DNA of 64,000 nt, taken from Stegostoma tigrinum (Eukaryota). The DNA lies in contig NC_081369.1 of NCBI RefSeq assembly GCF_030684315.1, forward strand, positions 9,586,035 to 9,650,034, read 5' to 3'. Within the stretch, counting starts at the first letter, position 1. The number at the start of each line of letters is the position of its first letter. Shown one piece after another: positions 12,736 through 23,716 of this stretch. Both the position numbers and the translations under genes were made by a program. The notes below the pieces were generated by a model that did no database searches, had not been told where the DNA came from, and was given only the letters and a program-made list of their open reading frames with translations.

Positions 12736-15700
12736 TCACAGCAGACTCCAGCTGCTGTCACACATATGGCCCCTGAGATATGAAGCTAACAGTGCAGAGG
12801 CGAGCCAGCTCTTGATTAAATTATGTAGAATCACAGTGTAAACATTGTAACTGTTACTATTCAGGAAGATTGTTCTCTGAAATCCTCTTGGAAACATCGA
12901 GACAAATATTAAAACTAACCTGATTTCTTGTGAATACTTTATATCACCAACGATTGGAAATTCTCTACAAACATTCTTTCTTTTGTATTCCATTGGTTTT
13001 ACACAAGAAATTAATTGCAAAGAAACTCCATAAATTCGATCAAAATGTATGTATCTGCACCTGCTTATCATTGATACTTATCTGTCTTGTTTTTGTGACC
13101 ACTGCCTGCCATCTTTGCACCCAGGCTATTATAATAAGTTGATATCCTTATGCCTGCACACAGATGTCTCCCAGTGTAGAGTCCAATCTAAAAAGCAAAA
13201 CATCACACAAGCAGAGAAGGAATGCTTGAGAATATGATGCCTCTCATTTTCAGAAAATTACAATAACACATTTGTTTTAAAAAAGTGAAAACAATGGATT
13301 AAGCCACCTGGTTACATAGAATCTGCAATACTGCCATTCAATTTTCAATAGTAATTTTATGAGATTGCCTAACTAGCAATCCCTTTCATAGATTCTGAAC
13401 GTGTGTCTCTTTTATGAAGACCTTACATTGAATATTACCTCAAGTATGTTTTTCCATCCGGTTTTATGGCAATTTCAACAGACATACTGAAAACCCCAAT
13501 TTAGCTAATCAATGTTGCAATATTTTTCAGGCAACACTCACCATAATGCAATCATTCTTTCACTCTTGTAGCTAGTGTAGGAATACTACTTCACTTTGGG
13601 ACTATTGGGAGTGTGGCCACTGGACTAATGTTCCTGGCACTCATGATCAATGCTGAAACGTGGTCTCAACTGATGAATAACAATGTTAAGTTCTACTGTA
13701 CCCTCACCATTTAAATGCAAACTTCAGTGTCAGTGATATCTTCTTACCTGAACTGGAAATGAGAATTCAAATGAAAGTTAACATTGATAACGATATTATC
13801 TGTCATCAGCGAATGTCAATTATTTTGAAATACAGTTTACGGGAATGGTATGATTGCAGAATATTAAAAAAACTTTCATAGCAATATCGATAGTTATTTG
13901 TTTGATAAAGATGTCCCTATTGAAAGATGTTAAATTAAGTGTGCCCTCCTCTACAATCAGTTGCTAACTCATTCTGTTGTGGTTCAAACCCGAAAGTGAA
14001 GAAGGACGGGTGTCTGGGAAACGTAAACTGTAAAACAATGCAATATCTCAACTTATCCATCTTACAATGCCAACGGGACTGATCTCCCATACTAACTCCA
14101 ATTCTCTACCTATCTCCATATTTGTTGACACTTTATTCATTTTGTTGTCGTGTGTTTTGCAAGAAAGTTAAATATTTCTCGTTTATCTCGATGTACCTGT
14201 GAGATATTGGCGATGAGGTGATTGGGCAGGACGGGGTTACAGTCAGAGATTTTTTACGGTCGCCGATGGAATTTAGAATAGAACGGCTGATACTCAAAAT
14301 AAGCAGTGTCTCATTCGAACATCTACAACTAAGTTAAGGAGAAACTTACTTGGTTTGAATATCTACAAACTTGACTACCTCAGCCAGTTGCGTTTGCTCT
14401 ATTCTTAAATAAATTAAACACTATGATAGAAAATTTCTGAACTTTCAGGAATTAAAGAATCTGTACTGCGTGGCAGTAACTGCAGCTGAGGTGGAAAACC
14501 AGGCATGTTTGCCTGCAGAGGGAGAAACTGTCTTCAGGGGACTTATTATCCGGTCTAGGTCTAAACGGTTACTGTGCTGTGTTTGCTCAGTGCAAAACCA
14601 TTTCAGCCAATAATCAAGAGAAACCTCGGCGAACCTTTCTCTGGAGCTACAGAGATATCAGGCAGGCTAAGAACCCCCGAAGTTTATGCAATGAAGACGT
14701 TCAGCAATGAGATGGTTTTCCTTGGTCCGCAAACGATGCTCTCTTATATTTCAAGTAAAATGCAGAACAAAAACCTCCAAGTTGCGATTAGATGCAGCTT
14801 TGCAAAACCCTTGTTGCAATCCAGACTTGTCAATCATTTTTGACATTGCTTTCACGTTTCATGTGTATTTGCATTCGGGAATATGAGAACTAAGTAATTA
14901 TTTCAAATATTACTACATTTTATTTATTCCAGGATATGCAAGACATAAACAAGAGCTGGCAGATTCTGAAACGGCAACGAATTTTGCTGTAATAGAAATA
15001 GTATAACATAGTCATTCCAGAATATTTCAATCTACTGGCTGAAATATCGGTCAGCTGACAGTAACTCTTTCAAACTATGGTGAGAAATGATGGTGCAAGT
15101 AATTATTTTTTAATATTTCATGGAAATTTTCCGGGTTACTTAAAGATGTGCCGAGGTACTAACTGATTGTTAATAAAACGATGCTTCCTCAGGTTTGAGG
15201 AAGCATATCTTAATATTGTAAATTTGCTGCTCATGTCAGTAATACTGCCCTCTTGCGTAAACGCTGGCAGTATTATATATTATCTATAGGCAGCACAGTG
15301 CTCCAATGATTGCATTTGTGTACACATGTATAGGTTATCGTTTGTGCGCCTCATCTCAAATTCTTGTCAACTCTTGTTGCAAATTGGTGAAAACCCACAG
15401 CTGTATATTTGTATTCTGGCACGTGTAGGGATAATGTACTAAGGCCGTGCATTTTATTGCATTGGATTTGATCAGAAGCAAGAAGTTATCCCGCCACAAA
15501 TATGAAGGGGAAAAATACATTTATGCCAAGGTTGATTTATTGGCATAGATCACCAACATACGATTAACATTTATGCAAATATGAAGGCAATGGATTCTTG
15601 TGGATTGACACTGTTCACAACTGTGGCGTTTTGCAACCCTGCTGATAACAACTTCGAAGCACTGCCTAAAGCTGTGAAAATGATAAATTGGGTATATTAT

Positions 15701-16329
15701 TATGAAACATTGGATTTGCAAGAAAGTGCAAAAATTAAGAGAAATATTCGAGAATGTGCCCAATTGTAGATAAACAAGGGAAAGTGGACTACTGACACTG
15801 TCCACGTGGAAACAATATAAATGAGTAAAAAACGTATACGCGCAAACGTCATTCTATTGTTGTCGATATTTTCTGATCAATATGTTAATGAATGATATTA
15901 CACAACCTCTTTAGCAGGAGGGACTTGACGCCAAACATCTAGCCCAGTAGCAGCAATACCGACATTTCTCCACAGGAGATTTTGGCTTTATTTCTGTGTT
16001 GTGTCATGTCAACTCAGGTTTGTGAATAGTGGGTGATAACATTCAACAGAGATATAAGACATTACATTGATGTCATTACATGGAACGTTATCTACAGTAA
16101 AACGAAAATGCATTCAAGTATTTGTTTTATGTTCCGCTAAAGGTTTTTATGAATGAAAACTTTCTCACAAAATCTACTGCTATAATTTTTATATGAACTG
16201 AGTCAATATATTTCTCTGATTGTGGTTTCGCAATACTATGGTATTATCTGGTTTGTACAAAGTTCTGAATTCAACAAACACAGAAGCTATGCTACCTGCT
16301 AAAAATCAGCATGCTACCTACTGAAAATC

Positions 16330-16692
16330 AGGGTAGCTGATGGCCTGGTGGAATTATCATCAGACTGTTAATCTAGAGACCCAAACCATGTTCGGGGGAC
16401 CTGGGTTCGAATTTCCCCACGTCAGATGGTGGAATTTGAACTCGATACGTACTTGGAGTTACGAATCTAATGGCTATGAGTACATTGTCGATGGTGAGTT
16501 GAAAAATCCTTCTGGTTCACTGATGCCCCTTAGGCAATGAAACTACCGTCCTTACCTGGTCTAGTGTACATGTAACTACAGCCCCACAGCAATGTGGCTG
16601 ACTCTTAACTGCCCTCTGGACAATTAGGAATGCGTAATAGATGCTGACCTAGCCAGTGATTCTCGCATCGTGTGAATTAATAATAATAATAA
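16330..16692 (+). mobile_element. tRNA-derived SINE (second family)
   Basis: A-box-like TGGCCTGGTGG, B-box GGTTCGAATTTC, (AAT)n tail; homologous copy at 55403-55745. Confidence 0.8.
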
Positions 16693-19653
16693 ATCCTGCT
16701 TTTTTCCCCTTGGTAAGTGATATTCTCAGGTCAGTGATTTGATTTCTGTTGTATTTTGCAGTCTTGTGACTGCCAGTCTTGTTTATATTACTGATATGAG
16801 ATGGTTGAAGGTTCAGTCTATGGAACAATCCAAGAATCTCCTGTTTCCGATTCCCCCCCCCCCACCTTTTTGCTAATTTTAACCGTTTACCTAACTCTTA
16901 TGTATTTATGTGGAATCATAAAATATCAAACCTTTTCTGGGATCTGACACTTTTCAAAGAATCATCCAAATGATTCCTCAAACAGCGCAGTTTTCTAATT
17001 TTGAATTTATAACTAATTCTTCACGTATTCTGCTTGCAATAGCGATTACACTTCGGTATTCCTTTGCCCTTTAATTAAAGAATCAATTGAATCGACTTAA
17101 GTTATGTGCCATTTTAAACTATTGTTAATTCAAAGTTATTATGATACAAAGTAAAACGAAATTTCTTTACTGGAATCTATGAAGCTATGATTTGATTGGG
17201 CACAGCTCTCTGCCAAAGGTACCGTGTTTTATTTTGCCACAATAGATTTTCCTGTAGCCATCTATTGTTTCAATATCAAAGCGATACAAATCATCGTGAC
17301 AATGCATGAACAGAAGTGGTGGTCTACGTTAAAGACCACTGGACCACTGGACATATTGACCACATCAATATGTGGGTGAAATGTTAGCTTGACAGAATGC
17401 TGGATATTTTTTAACTTGATTGACGTAATCATCCGTAAAACCAATATCGACAATGGTCAGATGCTAATCAAGCTTGCTAGTTGCTAACCAACCAACACAT
17501 TTAATGCTAAGTTTAATTTTGTTTATAGCAGGATACTGACAATATGTCTGGTGACGAATAGTAACAGCTTTGCCTCTGCATGTTTTGGTACTATATCTAC
17601 ACACACTGTTCAGATCCTACAAATATGCCATTTCATACTTTTCTGTCTAAATTTTCAAAATGTTTTCTTGATATTGCCGAAAATGTGAGTGCTTCAGCTT
17701 ATATGATATCGATTTCCATTTTAGACAATCCATTTCCTTGTTCAAAACATTTTGACTGCTTGTGGAGAATTGGTCTGTTTTCTTATCCCAATCCCAATAT
17801 TCCTCTGTGCATAGCGTATTTTAAATTTAACCATGTTTGGGTTTGGTTCGTTATATAAATTGCAGCCTCTCTAATATTCGGCGCTGAGGACAAGTCAGCA
17901 CATTTCCTTTACTCAACAAGAAATTTTAGAGTAAGACAAAGTACTGACATAAAGAGGGAACGTTATTGACAAGTATCGTATTGTTAACAACAAACCTATC
18001 CTTAATAAATCTATTACAGGAAGATCAACCTCTTCTGAGGAGAAAAAAGATGAAAAATCAGAAGTCTTTTAACTTTAACACACTTTGTTCAAGTGACAGT
18101 TTAATGAAAAAAAGTAAGAAATCACAAGTTATCCCATTTACTGTTCTGATTCAGTAATTAATCTACAAACACCGAAGCTGCTCGAACTGACTGTCTTCCT
18201 TGAACCACTGCAATTGGCTGATTTCTCTTTACGATGATAATGACCTCGATTTCAAGAGAATCCTCTTTAGGAACCACTTCGCAGCGATAAAAATGACTTT
18301 TGATGGTCACCAACTCTCACACATATTTGGGAAGAGTTTCAAAGAAGGCAAGTGTAATAATTGGCTATTGCATTGAACGTTTTAGGAGGCTTACACTCAA
18401 ATCTGAATATGAGTTTGCTACTTTAACATATTGAGGCAGTTCTTTGCAAGTTCGATTAACGAGAGGACACCTTATGAAAACATTAAGAAAGCGTTTCTTT
18501 GGGAACTTCACGGTACAACGCGAATGCGATGTTTGACTTCGCAAGAGAATTAGGACCAGAGGAGCATAATTTCAGGGTACAGGAATGGTCATTTAAGACA
18601 CACATTAGATCTTTTTTTCATCCAGAGGGCAGTGAATCTCTGGAATTCTGTGCCACAGAGCATTACTGAGGCAAACTGAAGGCTGACACAGGCAGGTATC
18701 TGGACCAAGGGCTAAAGGAACATGGCAAAAGGAGAACTCGAGGATTAACAGGCCAACAATGATCTAATTGATTGGAATGATAGAGTCAATGGGTTGAATG
18801 GCTTAATTCGGCTGTTATGATTTATAATTGATTAAGTTTTGAGCAGGAGGAATAGACAGACATGAGCATTTCATGAGAGAAAAAGCAAATACTGACATTA
18901 CATGATGTAATAAAAATACACTTTAGCTATAGAAATTGGAGAAAATTACAGTCATGAAGTCCATCAAGAAAATTTTAAAGTTTCTATTGATTCTCCTTAT
19001 GGAATAGGAAGAAAAGAATGTGAAGGTATTGATATGTCAATTGACATATCATTGGGTGAAATGAAGTGGCAAATGCCACTTGGATATTGCCTCTGCAGAA
19101 CAGATGGCAGATAGAATATTTGCAATTTTGTATCCCCATCGAAGAGGTTTATATGAATTGTGATGCAATGAGCAAGCTTGTATCGAGTGCATGCGTCTTA
19201 GTTCCTGAAGCATGCTGGCAAAAATATCGAAATCCAAAGACCGAAAATGTCAGGGATCAACATGAAACGACCTAGACACAATAGCCGACATGATGCTGTC
19301 ACCATCTCAATATGGCATAAAAACAATTAATGTACAGCAGCATTGACTGGATGAGTATGGAAGCGATGTATCTCCAAATAAAACACGAGACAAAGCATGT
19401 CCAGCAGGTGGTGCTAAGTGCTTTATATCTGGCCATTTGGAACAATCTAAGAAATATCATGAAGAACAACAACTGCAAAACCTCAGTGAAGAAAGGCCAG
19501 GGGAAAGAAAATCCAGTTTAATTGAAATGAATAAAAACAAATATGATTCCAAGGAATTACTGAGACAGGATAAGGAGAAAGACAACTTTCCTAGGTAAAG
19601 TCAAACAGAATGAAACCAGAAAATAGATCATCATCTTAAAGTCGCAGTTTAAT

Positions 19654-19958
19654 TTTAGATTACCTACAGTGTGGAAACAGGCCCTTCGGCCCAACAAGTC
19701 CACACCGCCCCTTGGAACATCCCACCCAGACTCATCCCCCTATAACTCACACACTCCTGAACACTATTAGCAGGGCGAATCCACCTAGCCTGTACATCTT
19801 TGGACTGTGGGAGGAAACCGGAGCACCCGTAGGAAGCCCACGCAGACACTAGGAGAATGTGCAAACTCCACACAGACGGTTACCCGAGGCTGGAATCGAA
19901 CCCGGGTCCCTGGTGCTGTGAGGCTGCAGTGCTCACCACTGAGCTACCTTGCCGCCCC
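19654..19958 (-). mobile_element. Full-length HE1-like (V-SINE type) tRNA-derived SINE
   Basis: Minus strand reads GGGCGGCAAGGTAGCTCAGTGG...GGGTTCGATTCC head, GTCTGTGTGGAGTTTGCACATTCTCC core and a CR1-like tail GAAGGGCCTGTTTCCACACTGTAGG. Confidence 0.85.
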
Positions 19959-20001
19959 AAAACGAGATTCCTCGAAGCTCAGCCCTAACCAGGGCAGTAA
20001 C

Positions 20002-20074
20002 TGGCTGCACCCGGAGTTGAACTCGGATCGCAGAGCTCAGAAGCCAGCGTGCTGACCACTATACCACAGCTGCC
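20002..20074 (-). pseudogene. tRNA-Gln(CTG)-like pseudogene or SINE head
   Basis: GGCAGCTGTGGTATAGTGGTCAGCACGCTGGCTTCTGAGCTCTGCGATCCGAGTTCAACTCCGGGTGCAGCCA is colinear with vertebrate tRNA-Gln(CTG), but the acceptor, anticodon and T stems are mismatched. Confidence 0.6.
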
Positions 20075-20459
20075 AGATTCTGTCGTACAGGCAAGCACTT
20101 TACCATCGCTGATGTGTGTGACAGTCAGGCAAATTAATACAAAGATAACAAGATAGACGTGTTGAAAATATAAATAGAAATAACTGAACATGAGTTAGAA
20201 GCCAATTCAGGGACATCTTTGCAGAGTGGCCACGTTTGGTAACTCCATATTCAAGGGTTTTCAGTCTCCTGGAAGAATAGGCAAAATTGTAAAGGAGATG
20301 AAGTAGTTTTGTTCACGAAGGCGAGTATCAGTGTACAACCTGGAGTGGATTCAGTTCAAGTGAAAATGCAAAATAGCACGGCAAAGACTTCATGGCTGGG
20401 GCTTTTCTACATGCCACTGATTTGCTTCAATTGGGCATTTTGCGCTGTAAGTACAGTAG

Positions 20460-21180
20460 ACTAGATTCGGAGAAGCGGTGCTTCACTTGGAAGGTGTGTC
20501 AGAGACCTTGGATATTGAGGAGGAAGGAAGTAAATGGTCAAGCATTAAACCTTCTGTGCACAGGATGAAGGGTCTAGGCCCGAAACGTCGGCTTTTGTGC
20601 TCCTGAGATGCTGCTTGGCCTGCTGTGTTCATCCAGCTCCACACTTTGTTATCTGGCACGTAAGTAAGCGACTGGTTCTCGCATCCTGTTGAACGGAGTG
20701 GAAATGGCAGATTACAGACCTTTGGGTGTGGGTTCTGGTGATCACAATGTCGTCGCCTCTACATTGCAGAGGTTTTTTAATGATTGAGATTAGATTAGAT
20801 TCCCTACAGTGTGGAAACAGGCCCTTCGGGCCAACAAGTCCACACTGCCGGTTGAAGCATCCCACCCAGACCCATCCCCCATAACCTGAAGCGCAGACTG
20901 AGGAATTGATTTGAAGAACATGTGCGTTTTGTCTGCAAAAATGATCTTGAACTTCCTGTTGCCGATCACTTCAATACGCGAGTGTTCGCTTGCGAGTATC
21001 TTTGAATCGGGCTTGCTGCAGAGCTCCAGCGAAGTTATTGCAAGCTGGATGAGTAACATCTCATTTTCTGTCTTGGGACACTGGAGCCCTCAGAACTCAA
21101 TATAGACTTCAATCCTTTAAAAGGATAAGTACCTTCTCCCCTCTCCTTACCCCAAACTGCAAACAACATGAGCTGCTATC
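20460..21180. mobile_element. Penelope-like element remnants (GIY-YIG C-terminal fragment and end repeat) with a nested HE1 3' fragment (about 20786-20885, minus)
   Basis: Decayed PVADHFNT...GLLQ...HLIFCLGTLEPSELNIDF at about 20955-21110; end motif GATGAAGGGTCTAGGCCCGAAACGTC at about 20564. Confidence 0.65.
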
Positions 21181-23535
21181 ATAACCAACCCATTGGAAGC
21201 TACCAATGGTCCAGGTCATGAGGAAGAAGCTGATTTTGGAAGAAATGCTGACAAGAGTGTACAAAGTTATTAGAAGTTTTAGTAAAATTGAAACAAAAGA
21301 ATCACAATGCTCTGTAAAATAGTCTAACGCAACTGCTTGCATTCTGCCAGGAATTTCCACATTGCTTGATTACAATGAAGATTTTTTCCTGAGCAGGATA
21401 TTTTGTGATCTAGGTAGTTTAAAATCAATATTGTCAGGGGCATTGATGCACACATGTAGAGCAGATGAGCCGCGAAGCTGGCCTGCCTGGCTTACAGTTA
21501 AGGAAGCTATTGTGCAACACTAGATCGCTACCCCATGTCCTCCATTGCATCTACACAAATTAAGTGCACATGTTTTTATGGTTGCATAATTTAGCAAATA
21601 TTTCGAATTAATGATTCTCCAAAGGGAGAGTCACCCTTTATTTGGACGGAATGCTTCGCACCACTTCTCATAAGGAAAACATGCAGGTTGCGCCCTCGAG
21701 ATGCAACGTACCGCTGCATTTTGTCTTTTTTTTCTTTTTCACTGTTACTTCATCAGAATTTGTTGCATTTCTCCGCTCAATTCAACGTGTTTTCTGCTCA
21801 GTTTTCAGTCTGTCACATCAAACTCAAATGACTCCATTCGAAGGCGCATGTCTGTTATAAATCCCTATGACAGTGGCTGGTAATATAATCACCATTTCTC
21901 GATGGATCCTGCCCTTCGGCATTTCAAACTATTGATAATGCTCTGCAGCTTCTCCTCTATTATCCATTACAATCAGGTTGCATTCATTGTCAGGCCGTGG
22001 AACAATATCAGAAAGTATAGTTCTGAGAGAAGTTTGTTCACCCAGACATTGTGAGCCTGTGGAATATTCTGTAACAGAAAGCAGTTGAATGTTTTCATGA
22101 AGGCGTTAGATCCCCTTTTCTGAGGGATAAAGAGGTCAAAGAGTGTGGGAAGGAAACAGGAACAGGGTATGAATTGGATCATCGGCCACGATCATATTGG
22201 ATGGAAGAGCAGGCTTGCAGAGCCAAATGGCCTTAACCCTGCTCCTATCTGTACCAACCTGGGTTTCGAAAAGGCAGAACATATCTAATTTATATGATTA
22301 TGACTTTACTAAAGAATGGGCAATGTTGATGAGGACAATGCGAGTGTTTTGGTATCTGTGTAATTTCTAAACATTTCAAACACTGTTACAAAATAGGGCA
22401 GATAACAGGCCCATTATTCATGGAATCAAAGCAAAATGGTCGTAGTCGCAGCAATGTCAGATACCAGAGAGAATCGCAAGCATACAATGTCAAATTAAAG
22501 GAACACTTTCAAATGGAGTTCTGCAATTGGGAGGACCTGAGACTATCTGCGCACTGCTTGGTGAAATTGGCAATGTTCAGAGAGCAAATGATTAGTGTGA
22601 TATCCAATTTCAACGGCGTTACTATAATGATAATAACAGTGTACCAAGGCAAGGATATTGTGGCGCAGAATTTGCAAGAATGATAAAAAGAATTGAAATT
22701 CTTGGCGTTTTGTGGAACGATTTAAATTCCAACTTCAAGCTGCACTCAATTGATTATTTTAGAAGTGCATTCATTGTCATTAAAAAGAAACGCGGCAATC
22801 GACGTGCGCTGCCAAAATCTGCGAAAAGCAGTCAGCTAAAAATATCAGGGAGTCTCTGTTTTTATGATGATCGGAGCATAAATACTAGAAAGAACGCCAA
22901 TAATTCCACAACTCTACTTTCATAAAATGAACTCAATGGATTGCTTAACATTTGTTCGACCTTGCACAAAGTTTAAAGTTGCATTGGAAATCCGGCATCC
23001 CTGCCGTTACAGCGTGCCAACGTGTCTGTCCTGGTTTTTGTGTTGCTTTACAGAACTGTATCTTCCACCCAGAAAATTTTAGCACTGAGGAAAAATTCCA
23101 ACTCACTGAGAGATTGCTTCCCAAAAATTTGCCTGATTCCATGGATGGAAATGAGTGGTAAAGCCCCGTCTATTGCCGTTCAAGACGAAAAAGTTGAGAA
23201 TTCAAACCACGAGAGTTCTGAAGGGAATGCATAATGGCCAACTGAGCCCATTGACAGAAACTCCAAGCATCAAAGCCTCCGATTATCGAAAACGTGAAAA
23301 CGATGCTACGTGATCAACATCTGTGGTCAAGACCTGGATGTCCTCATTAAAACAGTGATGGAGCCAGATCTACCTGCGTTTAGAAAGAATATGGGCATTA
23401 GCAGCGTTAGTTAACTCTGCATTTGAAAATCAAATGTCTTTTGCTCTTTTGCATTACTTGATAAACACGATTTCAGACGTGACATACACACAGAAACTGC
23501 AAAATAGCTTTGACCATACGAGACTCAAATTATCG

Positions 23536-23566
23536 ACCGCACTCACAGGATGTTAAACGTCATTGC
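23536..23566 (+). promoter_or_regulatory. Conserved proximal promoter module of gene A (RUNX-like, ETS-like and CRE-like sites)
   Basis: ACCGCA / ACAGGATGT / AAACGTCA about 100-125 bp upstream of the ATG; the 24-nt TCACAGGATGTTAAACGTCATTGC is identical upstream of gene B. Confidence 0.55.
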
Positions 23567-23661
23567 CACGTATCTGATACAGTGAGCAAACTGGAAACCC
23601 GTCTTAGCAGTTACTAAAGCGCGTAGCTGCACAGCGTGGTTAGAACAAACCATCATTAATA

Positions 23662-23716
23662 ATGCCAGCGAGGATGATTTTTTTCTGCCTGACACTACTC
23701 GAGTTTATTCTTGCTG
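23662..23716 (+). CDS. Gene A exon 1, signal peptide MPARMIFFCLTLLEFILA
   Basis: Hydrophobic leader, phase-1 donor GTACTT at 23717, homologous to the gene B leader. Confidence 0.8.

Noticed and set aside
15240-15249. TAATACTGCC matches the start of miR-200b/c
   Set aside because: Match ends after 10 nt and the hairpin is too short for a pre-miRNA
18170-18330. Minus-strand HFYRCEV resembling an Ig F strand
   Set aside because: Stop codon just upstream, and no B-strand Cys, C-strand Trp or splice sites found
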